This document shows positions 40,695 to 50,817 of a stretch of DNA of 64,000 bases, one piece after another. The DNA comes from Saprospiraceae bacterium (GTDB lineage: Bacteria > Bacteroidota > Bacteroidia > Chitinophagales > Saprospiraceae). Made by a program: the position numbers and the translations under genes. The notes below the pieces were generated by a model, which did no database searches, was not told the DNA's origin, and saw nothing but the letters and a program-made list of their open reading frames with translations. Numbering within the stretch: position 1 is the stretch's first letter; each line of letters begins with the position of its first letter. Where the stretch lies: contig JAWKLG010000005.1 of NCBI GenBank assembly GCA_041392845.1, positions 174,398 to 238,397 of the forward strand. Direction: 5' to 3'.

Positions 40695-43178
40695 TTAATT
40701 TTCCTGAAAATAAACACGCTTTACACGAGGGGAGATGTTGGTAAAAACTTCATAAGCTATCGTGTTATAAACTCTGGCAAGCTGGTCTGCAGTTGGTGAC
40801 TTTCCAAAGATAAAAACCTCATCACCCTCCTGAACTGAATCAATTGTTGTAACATCAATCATGCACATATCCATGCAGATGTTTCCAATAGTCGGGACAA
40901 GTATTCCGTTGACTAAAACCGAATAATTTCCGTTTCCTGCAATTCTTAAAAACCCATCCGCATATCCGATTCCAATTGTCGCAATTTTCATTTTTTTGTC
41001 AGCCCGTCCTCTTCTTCCATAACCAATCGTTTCGCCAGCTTCAATTTCTTTTATTTGTGAAACAAAGGTCTTTAATTGTAAAACAGGTTTTACCTCACTT
41101 TTTATTTCATTTGGCACTTCTACTCCATAAAGGCCAATACCAAGTCGAACCATATCCAATTGAAAACCGGGAAACCTGATAATTCCGGAACTATTTAAAA
41201 TATGCCTGATTGGACTGTACTTTAGATTGGCTTCAAATTTTTTATACATTAAATTAAAAACTGCAAACTGTTTTTCCGAGAATGAATCGTGTTCTTTTTC
41301 ATCACTAGCAGCAAGATGAGAAAAAACAGATACCACCTTTACCCTAGAGTCCGATTTTAAAATATTAAATAATTCATCCAGTTGGTATTCTTCAAACCCC
41401 AAACGATGCATGCCTGTATCGAACTTGATATGAATTGGAAAATCTTTGGTCTTTGGGTCTAAAAATTCCAGAAAAGACTTTAATTGTTTAAAACTAAAAA
41501 TCTCGGGTTCAAGGCGATAATCAAGCAAAGATTGGAAGGATGCCTCGTCGGTATTCAATACGAGTATAGGAAGCGAAATTCCAGATTTTCTGAGCTCAAT
41601 TCCTTCATCAGCATAGGCCACTGCAAGATAATCTACCTTCTGATACTCCAACAACCTACCAATTTCTTCACTACCACTTCCATATCCAGAAGCTTTAACC
41701 ATAACCAGCATTTTAGTTTCAGGATTAAGTCTTGAAGCAAATACGTTTATATTATTCCGCATGGCATCCAAATCAACTTGTAAAACTGTTCTATGGGTTT
41801 TTAACTCCAATCGTTCAACAACTTTTTCAAGTCCAAATGCCCTGCTACCTTTTACCAGGATAGTTTCCTGAGAAAAATCTTCAAAATCGTATTCAGCTAA
41901 AAATTCAGCTGTAGTATCATATGCATAATACCTGACAGGTGAAGGAATTCGATGTTTTAATCCACTCAATTGTTTTCCTATCGTGATTATTCTAAAAAAG
42001 GAATAATTTTGAAGTATCGACCAAAGTTCATTCAAAAGTTCTTCTCCTTTTTGACCAATTTCAAACAACTCGGAAATAATCAACGACATTTTATTAATCC
42101 CACCTTGTTGTTTTGCAAAATCGAGTCCCGCTTTTAGAGAAGTGATATCGCTATTATAAGAATCATTGATAATGATGGATTGATGGATGCCAGATTTCAT
42201 CTCCATTCTCATCTCAACTGGTTGAAGTAAGCGGATTAATTCTGTAATTTTTTCAACCGGCAAATTAAAATACAAGGCAACCAGGCATACCATTAAAATA
42301 TTTTCAATGCTCGCTTTATCAGTTAGTCTGGTAACTATTTCAAATTCAATATTTTTATATTTTAGGTGTAAGGATTTATCTTTTCCATGCCAGTCATCAT
42401 TTAACAATAGCAAATCCGGCACAAAAGAATTACTTATACTTCCGTAGGAAACTATTTCTTTTTCAGGAAAGGATTCTCTTATTTTCCAGTAACTTTCTTT
42501 TTGATCAGCATTGCAAAAAATCACTTTTGCACTAGAAAACAATAGTAGTTTTTCAGCAAGCTTTTGTGATTTTGACGAAAAACCCTCATCATGCGCATCT
42601 CCAAGAATGGTGAAAATTCCATAGTCACAATCTATTATAGGAGAAAGCTTTTCCATTTCACCTGGAAGAGAGATACCTGCTTCAAAAACTCCTAATTGAC
42701 TGTCTGAATTGAGATTCCAGACTGACAAAGGAACTCCAATCTGTGAGTTGAAGGATTTCGGACTTTTGGTAACCCTAAAAAAGGAAGACATCATTTGACT
42801 TAACCATTCTTTTACAACAGTTTTCCCGTTGCTTCCCGTTATGCCAATTACGGGAATTTTAAAATGTCCACGATGCCATTTTGCAAGACTCTGTAAGGCA
42901 TCCAGGACATTTTCCACCAAAAAGACATTACTGCCACTTAAAATGGAAAGGTCTGGCATTTCAGAAACAACAAAATTTCTGACTCCCAGATCATATGCTT
43001 GTTTCAAATATTTATGACCATCCTGCCTTACTCCTTTAAGAGCAAAAAACAATGAAGCGTTAGCACGAAATATCTTCCTGCTGTCAATTACCAACTCTGA
43101 GACAAGTGCTTTTGAATTGGACTCTAAGACAACCTCCCCTTTGATAGCAGTTTTAATATCACAAAATAATACTGGCAT
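40695..43178 (-). CDS. murF: Bifunctional UDP-MurNAc-pentapeptide synthetase (MurF) / alanine racemase (Alr) fusion
   Basis: N-terminal half has Mur ligase GITGSNGKT. C-terminal half has alanine racemase VLQVDLDAMRNNIN...MVKASGYGSG (PLP lysine) and ...GIGYADGF. Confidence 0.85.
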   Translation of the reverse strand: MPVLFCDIKTAIKGEVVLESNSKALVSELVIDSRKIFRANASLFFALKGVRQDGHKYLKQAYDLGVRNFVVSEMPDLSILSGSNVFLVENVLDALQSLAKWHRGHFKIPVIGITGSNGKTVVKEWLSQMMSSFFRVTKSPKSFNSQIGVPLSVWNLNSDSQLGVFEAGISLPGEMEKLSPIIDCDYGIFTILGDAHDEGFSSKSQKLAEKLLLFSSAKVIFCNADQKESYWKIRESFPEKEIVSYGSISNSFVPDLLLLNDDWHGKDKSLHLKYKNIEFEIVTRLTDKASIENILMVCLVALYFNLPVEKITELIRLLQPVEMRMEMKSGIHQSIIINDSYNSDITSLKAGLDFAKQQGGINKMSLIISELFEIGQKGEELLNELWSILQNYSFFRIITIGKQLSGLKHRIPSPVRYYAYDTTAEFLAEYDFEDFSQETILVKGSRAFGLEKVVERLELKTHRTVLQVDLDAMRNNINVFASRLNPETKMLVMVKASGYGSGSEEIGRLLEYQKVDYLAVAYADEGIELRKSGISLPILVLNTDEASFQSLLDYRLEPEIFSFKQLKSFLEFLDPKTKDFPIHIKFDTGMHRLGFEEYQLDELFNILKSDSRVKVVSVFSHLAASDEKEHDSFSEKQFAVFNLMYKKFEANLKYSPIRHILNSSGIIRFPGFQLDMVRLGIGLYGVEVPNEIKSEVKPVLQLKTFVSQIKEIEAGETIGYGRRGRADKKMKIATIGIGYADGFLRIAGNGNYSVLVNGILVPTIGNICMDMCMIDVTTIDSVQEGDEVFIFGKSPTADQLARVYNTIAYEVFTNISPRVKRVYFQEN

Positions 43179-43355
43179 GAAGCTGGTTAATTACAAGTAA
43201 AAGGGCGTTTTGTAGGACATTTATGAAATTAATCCTTGTTTTTGGGCAAAATTCTAAACTTTTTTAGAGCTATAGGATTAAAATACTGTCATTTCTTTAT
43301 TGAAATGCCTATTTTTATTGTCTGTTTAAAATTTTTATTCTTCAAATCAGATTAT

Positions 43356-44162
43356 ATGCTTAGGAAGGCAACTTTTATGATAATTCTTTGCTGCACATTG
43401 GGTGTGGTAACAGCTCAGGTTACCTTCCAACCTAAGCAACCTACTTATGAAGAAAGTAAAGGTATTATATATAATAAAGAGTTTACGGTAGATTTAAAAT
43501 TTCTGCAAACAAACGGATTTGCAATCGGAGTTAATTCTGCCAAGTTAAAGACTTATTACCTTACTAATTTTTATCACTTCGAGTTTGGTGAGTTAAAACA
43601 CATCCGGGAATACAGGCAACAAAGTTTTGAATCTCTCGGCTTCAATGGAATTGCAGGTGGAAATAGCTTCATATACGGAAAGAAGAATAGTTTTTTTACA
43701 TTAAGAGTTGGCTACGGGCAAAAACGGTATTTTTCTGAAAAAGCTAAAACCAAAGGACTTGCAGTTGGTATTTCTTATGAAGGAGGTCCTACTTTAGGCA
43801 TGTTAAAACCATACTATCTTGACCTTGCTTACCCTATTGACAATGGACGGGATGTATTTTATCAAAGTCAAAAATATTCTGAGGATAATGCAGATGTATT
43901 TTTGGATAGAAATCGCGTAAAAGGTTCCACCGGATTTACCAAGGGATTAACAGAACTATCTTTAGTTCCGGGTGTTCACCTCCAGGGTTCTGTACATTTC
44001 GACTGGGGTGCTTTTGACGAATTTGTCAAAGCATTGGAAGTTGGCTTTATGGCCGATTTATTTGTTAGAAATGTTCCAATAATGGTGGAGGTAGATGGAA
44101 TCGAAAATCGTCCTTACTTCTTAAACGTTTTCATAAATTTGCAGCTCGGAAAACGTTGGTAG
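43356..44162 (+). CDS. Hypothetical secreted/outer-membrane protein
   Basis: ATG at 43356 gives signal peptide MLRKATFMIILCCTLGVVTAQ; beta-rich. Confidence 0.5.
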   Translation: MLRKATFMIILCCTLGVVTAQVTFQPKQPTYEESKGIIYNKEFTVDLKFLQTNGFAIGVNSAKLKTYYLTNFYHFEFGELKHIREYRQQSFESLGFNGIAGGNSFIYGKKNSFFTLRVGYGQKRYFSEKAKTKGLAVGISYEGGPTLGMLKPYYLDLAYPIDNGRDVFYQSQKYSEDNADVFLDRNRVKGSTGFTKGLTELSLVPGVHLQGSVHFDWGAFDEFVKALEVGFMADLFVRNVPIMVEVDGIENRPYFLNVFINLQLGKRW

Positions 44163-44236
44163 TCTCATTCCCTACTTTTTCCTACCATACTTAACATTCT
44201 TTTCAATTGTACCAGTAAGGTACACTATACGTATAT

Positions 44237-45112
44237 GTGATGATAGAATTACCAATAGTAGAAGGAAAATCAGAAAGAAGAAAAAAACCAGATTGGCTAC
44301 GAGTCAAGTTACCAATTGGTCCAAATTATAAAAAGGTGCGTAATCTGGTTGACGAGTACAATCTTCATACAATTTGCCAATCAGGGAGTTGCCCAAATAT
44401 GGGAGAATGTTGGGGAGCAGGAACTGCAACTTTTATGATACTTGGAAATACTTGTACAAGGTCGTGTTCCTTCTGCGCAGTGAAAACTGGACGGCCACCT
44501 GAATATGATGAAGATGAACCAAGAAGAGTTGCGGAAGCGATCAGACTAATGGGAGTTAAACATGCTGTATTGACATCTGTAAATCGTGACGAATTGAAAG
44601 ACAGAGGAGCAGAAATATGGTATCAAACCGTACATGCCATTAAAACGGATACACCACATGTAACAATTGAGACATTAATTCCTGATGTAAAAGCAAACTG
44701 GGAAGCTTTGGAAAGAATGATTAGCCCGGGCCAGGAAGTTGTTTCACATAATATGGAGACTGTAGAAGCTCTTTATAGAAAAGTTAGACCCCAGGCAAAG
44801 TATGCGAGAAGTCTTGAACAGATTAAAAAGACAAAAGAATACGGCAAAAGGACCAAGTCCGGCATAATGGTAGGATTGGGAGAAACTGATGAGCAGGTTT
44901 TTAAAACAATGGACGATTTGGTAGCTCATGGCTGCGATGTTTTAACTATCGGTCAGTATTTGCAACCTACCAAAATGCACCTGAATGTTGAAACATATGT
45001 TCATCCTGACACTTTTGCTAAATACAAAGAAGTAGGAATGGAAAAAGGATTTGCTTTTGTTGAAAGTGGTCCATTGGTTAGGTCGTCTTATCATGCAGAA
45101 AGACATCTGTAA
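44237..45112 (+). CDS. lipA: Lipoyl synthase
   Basis: Two Fe-S cysteine motifs: [12 protein letters not shown] and radical-SAM CTRSCSFC. Confidence 0.9.
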   Translation: MMIELPIVEGKSERRKKPDWLRVKLPIGPNYKKVRNLVDEYNLHTICQSGSCPNMGECWGAGTATFMILGNTCTRSCSFCAVKTGRPPEYDEDEPRRVAEAIRLMGVKHAVLTSVNRDELKDRGAEIWYQTVHAIKTDTPHVTIETLIPDVKANWEALERMISPGQEVVSHNMETVEALYRKVRPQAKYARSLEQIKKTKEYGKRTKSGIMVGLGETDEQVFKTMDDLVAHGCDVLTIGQYLQPTKMHLNVETYVHPDTFAKYKEVGMEKGFAFVESGPLVRSSYHAERHL

Positions 45113-45230
45113 AATATTGCCTGTAAGGAGAAAATCTATTATCGAAATTAAAATATAAAATCGGCGTAAAAATTTTATTGCATTATTTGAAAAAAATTTA
45201 TCTTTGCGCCTCTTTTTGAAATAATTGTTT

Positions 45231-45312
45231 GCGGGTGTGGTGAAATTGGTAGACACGCTAGACTTAGGATCTAGTGCTTCACGGCGTGGGGGTTCGAGTC
45301 CCTCCACCCGCA
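45231..45312 (+). tRNA. tRNA-Leu (anticodon UAG), type II with long variable arm
   Basis: Acceptor GCGGGTG/CACCCGC, anticodon stem CTAGA/TCTAG with loop CTTAGGA (anticodon TAG), variable arm CACGGCGTG, T-arm GGGGGTTCGAGTCCCTC, discriminator A. CCA not encoded. Confidence 0.9.
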
Positions 45313-45378
45313 CATTTCAAAAGATGGAGACATCTTCCAAAATGTCTTAAATATTTTGCCCCTCTTGGGGGCTTCGAA

Positions 45379-45410
45379 AAGCTCCTGTTTTATGGAGCTA
45401 TTTTTTTTTA
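45379..45410 (+). terminator. Rho-independent terminator downstream of the tRNA
   Basis: AGCTCCtgttttatGGAGCTattttttttt. Confidence 0.6.
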
Positions 45411-45445
45411 TTCACTTACCAGATAATTAACCAATCAGCATAACT

Positions 45446-46855
45446 ATGTCAAACATCAATAAGGAAGAATTAGGCAAAGGGCACGCAAAAATTTCATTGG
45501 AAATTTCAAAAGCTGACTATGAGCCTAAATTCAAATCTGAACTCGCCAAACTTCGCAACAAAGCTCAAATCAAAGGATTTAGAAAGGGTAAAGTTCCTAC
45601 CTCCTTTTTACAAAAAATGTATGGCAACTCTGTTTTGCAGGAAGTATTTTATGATGTAGTTGGTCAAAAACTTAACGGTTACATCGGTGAAGAAAAATTG
45701 GACCTTATCGGATATCCTATTCCGGCAGAAGACCAATCACAAATCGAATTGGATCCGAACAGTTTGAAAGATTACACCATTAATTACGAAATCGGATATT
45801 TACCTGATTTCGAACTTGACGGTGTTTCTGATAAAGAGGAAATGGAAATTTATGACATTGAGGTACCTGAAAAATGGGTGAATGAAGAGATGGATCGAAT
45901 CAAAAAAGGATTCGGGGAAAGAATTGAGGTAGAAGATCAAATCATGGATGGTGATGTATTTGTTCTTGCTGCTAAAGAAGTAGATGGAGATTATGAAAAT
46001 GAATTTGAAGTATTTTTCAACTCATTGACTCAAGAATCTAAAGATACTTTTGAAGGTAAAAAACCAGGTTTTGAAACACAGGTTAATGTTTTCAAATTGG
46101 AACAAGGAATGAGCGAAGAGGCTGTGAAAAAATATCTTCTTGAGTTGAAGGAAGACGATCCAAGGGAAGTTAATGAGCTGTTCAATGTTACTGTAAAAAC
46201 CATAAAAAGAATCAAACCAGCTGAATTGAATCAGGAAACCCTGGACAAAGCATTTGGTGAAGGTGTAGTAAGTACAGAGGAAGAAGCAAAAGCGAAAATC
46301 AAGGAATTAATTGGTCAGTCTTACAGCAGTTCAGTTGACTCATTATTCTTTTCGCAGGGAATGGAATATTTAATGGAGAAAAATTCATTCGATGTTCCGG
46401 TAGACTTCATCAAAAAATGGCTGAAGTTTGACCGCAAAAAAATCAATGAAGATAAATTGGACGAAGCGGCAAGCAGTTATGCAAATACCATGCGTCGCAG
46501 AACGATTATCAAAAAGATAATTGAAAAGCAAAACATTAAAATTACTGACGAAGAAATAAGAGAAAAGGTAAAAGGAAGTATTCAGAGAGCATTGCAAGGT
46601 CAACCTTTGGGAGACGACTTCCTTAATAATTTTACGGACCAGGTTATGCAGGATGAGAAATACCGTCACATGGTAGAGGAATCTGCTGATGAAGCTGTGA
46701 TTGATAAAATCACACAAGAATTGAAGTCGACCTGGAATCTTAAAAAATTACCTATTGATGCCGAGGCGTTCAAAGCGAAGGTCGAAGAAATGAACAAACA
46801 GTACAGAGAGGAAGCAGGCAAGCTGGATGAATTAGGTGGACAAGAAGAAGAATAA
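45446..46855 (+). CDS. tig: Trigger factor
   Basis: Size, acidic C-terminus, position upstream of clpP-clpX (conserved tig-clpP-clpX synteny). Confidence 0.8.
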   Translation: MSNINKEELGKGHAKISLEISKADYEPKFKSELAKLRNKAQIKGFRKGKVPTSFLQKMYGNSVLQEVFYDVVGQKLNGYIGEEKLDLIGYPIPAEDQSQIELDPNSLKDYTINYEIGYLPDFELDGVSDKEEMEIYDIEVPEKWVNEEMDRIKKGFGERIEVEDQIMDGDVFVLAAKEVDGDYENEFEVFFNSLTQESKDTFEGKKPGFETQVNVFKLEQGMSEEAVKKYLLELKEDDPREVNELFNVTVKTIKRIKPAELNQETLDKAFGEGVVSTEEEAKAKIKELIGQSYSSSVDSLFFSQGMEYLMEKNSFDVPVDFIKKWLKFDRKKINEDKLDEAASSYANTMRRRTIIKKIIEKQNIKITDEEIREKVKGSIQRALQGQPLGDDFLNNFTDQVMQDEKYRHMVEESADEAVIDKITQELKSTWNLKKLPIDAEAFKAKVEEMNKQYREEAGKLDELGGQEEE

Positions 46856-46980
46856 ATAACTTTTCTGTCCCGGAAAACATTCCATATGCAGAATTTTTCC
46901 GCCATATTAGAACCTGAATTGAATCCAGACGTTCTTTTGAGTACTTTACAAACTTTTCTCTCATTAAACATTTTTTATCC

Positions 46981-47688
46981 ATGTTTCATAAAGATGAATT
47001 CTTAAAATATGCTACGAAACACCTGGGTATGAGCAGCATGCACCTTGAGAAGTATGTTGAAAAAACTACTCCGGGTTATCCAAATGTTTCGGGCTTCACT
47101 CCATATGTAATTGAAGAACGCCCTATGCACGCGCAGGCATTGGATGTGTTCTCAAGGTTGATGATGGACAGAATTATTTTCCTTGGTGTTCCTATCGACA
47201 ATTATGTGGCGAATGTTATGCAAGCTCAGTTGTTGTTTATGGATTCGGTAGATCCTAAACGTGATGTTCAGATTTATATCAATAGTCCGGGAGGTTCAGT
47301 AACAGCTGGATTAGGTATTTATGATACCATGCAGTTTGTTTCTCCAGATGTTGCCACTATTTGTACAGGTATTGCAGCATCCATGGCAGCGGTACTTTTG
47401 GCTGCAGGTGTTAAAGGTAAACGTGTTTGCTTGCACCACAGCCGTGTGATGATTCACCAACCAATGGGAGGCATGCAAGGCCAGGTTTCCGACATGGAGA
47501 TTACCTACAAATTGATCAAGAGCATGCAGAAACAGTTGTATGATATACTTGCTTATCATACTGGGCAGCCATACAAGACCATCGAAAAAGATTGTGACCG
47601 TGACAACTGGATGGAAGCTCCTGAAGCTAAGGAGTACGGCTTGATTGACGAAGTTTTGGAAAGAAATCCGAAACCAGAAGATAAATAA
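46981..47688 (+). CDS. clpP: ATP-dependent Clp protease proteolytic subunit
   Basis: RIIFLG...INSPGGSVTAGLGIYDTMQF...AASMAAVLLAAG...MIHQP catalytic Ser/His context. Confidence 0.9.
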   Translation: MFHKDEFLKYATKHLGMSSMHLEKYVEKTTPGYPNVSGFTPYVIEERPMHAQALDVFSRLMMDRIIFLGVPIDNYVANVMQAQLLFMDSVDPKRDVQIYINSPGGSVTAGLGIYDTMQFVSPDVATICTGIAASMAAVLLAAGVKGKRVCLHHSRVMIHQPMGGMQGQVSDMEITYKLIKSMQKQLYDILAYHTGQPYKTIEKDCDRDNWMEAPEAKEYGLIDEVLERNPKPEDK

Positions 47689-47766
47689 AACCACCAATAA
47701 TAGCGACGAGGTCCAAAGATTACTTTCGTATCTTTGTACCTCGTTGTTATTTTAAAACCAACCAAG

Positions 47767-49038
47767 ATGCTTCGGAACAGTAAAAATTTTAGATGTTCCT
47801 TCTGTGGCCGCGACAAATCAGAGACCCTGTTGTTGATCGCAGGAATGGACGGTCATATTTGTGAGACCTGTGTAGAACATGCAATGGATATCCTGGATGA
47901 GGAATTATACCAGGGAAAACGCAAAACCAAAGAAGGAGAAAAAGAAGTTGGAAAATCTAAATCAGGTTTTTCATTACCTAAAAATCTTACCCCAAAAAAA
48001 TTAAAAGAACACCTTGATCAATATGTAATTGGTCAGGACGAAGCGAAAAAATTCCTTTCAGTTGCTGTTTACAACCATTACAAAAGGTTGAATCAAAAGA
48101 AATCCGGCGATATTGAAATTGAAAAGTCGAATATCCTTTTTGTTGGACATACAGGAACTGGTAAAACATTGATGGCAAAAACTATTGCCAAATTATTGAA
48201 TGTACCTTTTGCTATTGTAGATGCTACTGTTTTCACTGAGGCAGGGTATGTTGGAGAGGATGTGGAAAGCATGCTTAGCAGATTGTTGCAGGTTTGTGAT
48301 TATGATCCGGAAGCTGCGCAAAGGGGAATTGTTTACATCGATGAAATCGATAAAATTTCCAGAAAAAGTGACAATCCATCTATTACCAGAGATGTTTCTG
48401 GAGAAGGTGTTCAACAAGCAATGTTGAAAATGCTGGAAGGAACGGATGTAAATGTTCCACCACAGGGAGGACGTAAACACCCGGAACAGAAACTAGTAAA
48501 GGTGAACACTGAAAACATCCTTTTCATTTGTGGAGGTGCGTTTGACGGAATTGAAAAATTAATTGCCAAAAGAGTAAACACACAGGTAATTGGATTCAAG
48601 GATAAAAAGGGTGAGCAGTTGGACAAAGACAATCTGCTTCAATACATCAGTCATCAGGATCTTAAATCTTACGGATTAATTCCTGAATTGGTAGGTCGCT
48701 TACCAGTTTTAACTTATCTAGAGCCTTTGGATTTAGAGGCATTGAAGCGAATTCTAACAGAACCTAAAAATTCTTTGATAAAGCAATATTCAAAGTTATT
48801 TGATATAGAAGGTATCAAACTTAATTTTGAAGAAGAGGCTTTAAATTTCATTGCTGAAAAAGCTTTAGAATTTGGTCTTGGAGCACGTGGATTGCGATCC
48901 ATCTGTGAAGCTGTAATGACCGATGCCATGTACGAATTACCTTCACAGGAAGACATTAAAGAATTTACGGTTGATGTTGCTTATGTAAAAGATAAATTGA
49001 GTCGCTCTAGGGTAACTACTCAATTAAGAGCTGCTTAA
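47767..49038 (+). CDS. clpX: ATP-dependent Clp protease ATP-binding subunit
   Basis: Zinc-finger [10 protein letters not shown]...CETC, Walker A GHTGTGKT, Walker [10 protein letters not shown]. Start taken at the ATG at 47767 (MLRNSK...). Confidence 0.9.
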   Translation: MLRNSKNFRCSFCGRDKSETLLLIAGMDGHICETCVEHAMDILDEELYQGKRKTKEGEKEVGKSKSGFSLPKNLTPKKLKEHLDQYVIGQDEAKKFLSVAVYNHYKRLNQKKSGDIEIEKSNILFVGHTGTGKTLMAKTIAKLLNVPFAIVDATVFTEAGYVGEDVESMLSRLLQVCDYDPEAAQRGIVYIDEIDKISRKSDNPSITRDVSGEGVQQAMLKMLEGTDVNVPPQGGRKHPEQKLVKVNTENILFICGGAFDGIEKLIAKRVNTQVIGFKDKKGEQLDKDNLLQYISHQDLKSYGLIPELVGRLPVLTYLEPLDLEALKRILTEPKNSLIKQYSKLFDIEGIKLNFEEEALNFIAEKALEFGLGARGLRSICEAVMTDAMYELPSQEDIKEFTVDVAYVKDKLSRSRVTTQLRAA

Positions 49039-49061
49039 TTTTAATAACTATAAAGATTATA

Positions 49062-49098
49062 AAAAGCTGTCCGGGTTTCCGGGCAGCTTTTTTTGTTT
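49062..49098 (+). terminator. Rho-independent terminator after clpX
   Basis: AAAGCTGTCCGGgtttCCGGGCAGCTTTttttgtttt. Confidence 0.75.
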
Positions 49099-49541
49099 TG
49101 GTGGTTGGATTCTAGACGCTTGACGTTAGAAGCTGGATACTTGGACAATGGGTTCACTTCAAGAAACACAACTTGCGAAAGTTTTTCACATACATTTGAT
49201 TTCATTAGAAAAGGAATTGAATTACAATAGTATTAGAATATCAGACCATTACGTTTTTGAAAACTAATGACTCTGCTGGAGTCGGCGGGTCCTCTCCGAG
49301 AGACCCGCCTTAGACGGTTGTTATTTACTGCTTAACTTAATGACATTGCCCCAATGGGGAGGCTTTGCCAGGAACTTCTCAAAAAATTACCAAAAATCAA
49401 ATTTCTCCCAAACTCCCAATCCTATTATCTCCCTGTCTAATCTGGCTTTTCGTCGACATAAAGTACCCTTTAATAGAAATTTCCTTCTTTAAACAGGTAC
49501 TATGTATTGCATAGAACTATATCCTTTCTTACATTTGTGTC

Positions 49542-49898
49542 ATGAACACGAAATTTTTAGAAAAATTGGAGAATACAAAAGCTCAGATGCGGAAGGGCAT
49601 TTTGGAGTTATGTATCCTTTCCATCATAGCAGAAGAGGAGGTGTATCCTTCAGATATCATACAGAAGTTGAAGGATTACGAGCTCATCGTGGTGGAAGGG
49701 ACTTTATATCCATTACTTACCCGATTGAAAAATGCCGGATTGTTGACTTACAATTGGAAAGAATCGACTTCCGGTCCGCCAAGAAAGTATTTCAGTTTGA
49801 CCAATGATGGAACTGAATTCTTGAACTCACTTATGGGAACCTGGAACACCCTGGTTTCTGCTGTAAGTCAAACCACAAAAAATATCAACTCGAAATGA
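49542..49898 (+). CDS. PadR family transcriptional regulator
   Basis: ILELCILSII...YPSDIIQKL...GTLYPLLTRLKNAGLL winged-helix PadR signature. Confidence 0.8.
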   Translation: MNTKFLEKLENTKAQMRKGILELCILSIIAEEEVYPSDIIQKLKDYELIVVEGTLYPLLTRLKNAGLLTYNWKESTSGPPRKYFSLTNDGTEFLNSLMGTWNTLVSAVSQTTKNINSK

Positions 49899-50638
49899 AT
49901 AAAGTATTCAACATTAACTTAGGAGGACATCCATTCACCATCGATGCAGAGGCATTCTTTCATCTGGAGGGATACTTGAAAGCCATCGACAACCATTTTA
50001 GGGATTCGGAGGGCCACGAAGAGATCGTTTCCGATATCGAAACCAGATTGGCCGAACTTTTTAATGAGAACCTGGGAGGCAGACCAATTATTACCCTTAA
50101 AGATGTAAAGCGTTCTATTTCCATCATGGGTACTCCGGAAGAATTTGGAGCAGAACCCATGGCAGAAATGGGAGAATCATCTTCAAATTCCGGAAAAAAT
50201 GAAAAACAATCAGCTGAAAGATCCTGGAAAACAGGCAAGAGGTTGTTTAGAAATCCAGATGATGAAGTGGTAGCCGGAGTATGTTCCGGTATTGCATCTT
50301 ATTTTGGGGTACAAGATCCATTATGGATTAGATTGTTGTTTGTTGTATTGACCATAATGGGCTTTGGAACAACCATACCACTTTATATTATTCTTTGGGC
50401 TATTTTGCCAAAAGCAGAAACTGCAAGTGATCGATTGTCGATGAGAGGTGAGACCATCAATGTTAGTAACATTGGAAGAATTATTGAAGAAGAAATGGAT
50501 CATTTGAGCGGTAAAATCGAAGATTGGGGCGAAGAGATCGATAAAAAATACAGCTCAAAAAAAAAAGTTTCGGCGAAAGAACCCAGAGTAAAAGATCGGC
50601 CATTGGAAGTGCCCTTGCCCAGGGGGTTCATTTTCTAG
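49895..50638 (+). CDS. PspC domain-containing protein, N-terminal portion, interrupted at an A10 tract
   Basis: PspC motif DDEVVAGVCSGIASYFGVQDPLWIRLLFVVL plus TM. Overlaps the padR stop by 4 nt. Reading frame changes at aaaaaaaaaa (50557-50566). Confidence 0.7.
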   Translation: MNKVFNINLGGHPFTIDAEAFFHLEGYLKAIDNHFRDSEGHEEIVSDIETRLAELFNENLGGRPIITLKDVKRSISIMGTPEEFGAEPMAEMGESSSNSGKNEKQSAERSWKTGKRLFRNPDDEVVAGVCSGIASYFGVQDPLWIRLLFVVLTIMGFGTTIPLYIILWAILPKAETASDRLSMRGETINVSNIGRIIEEEMDHLSGKIEDWGEEIDKKYSSKKKVSAKEPRVKDRPLEVPLPRGFIF

Positions 50639-50817
50639 GAGAAGCTATTAATACCGTAATCAAAGGATTCGTTAAGGTTGCCCGACCTATCATTTCGATA
50701 TTTGGAATTTTATTAATCATCCTTATCAGCATATTCTGGCTTTCGGCGGCAGGTTTTATTCTGTTTGGTTATCCGATTGCCAGCTTCATTCTTCCATCCG
50801 CCCCATTTTTAACTTCA

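Noticed and set aside
49100-49541. Searched the long clpX-padR spacer and other spacers for tmRNA, RNase P, SRP or 6S RNA signatures
   Set aside because: No conserved boxes (e.g. RNase P GGAAAGTCCGGGCTCC, tmRNA GGGGCUGAUUCUGGAUUCGAC, SRP domain IV) were found by eye. Only the isolated hairpin reported above.
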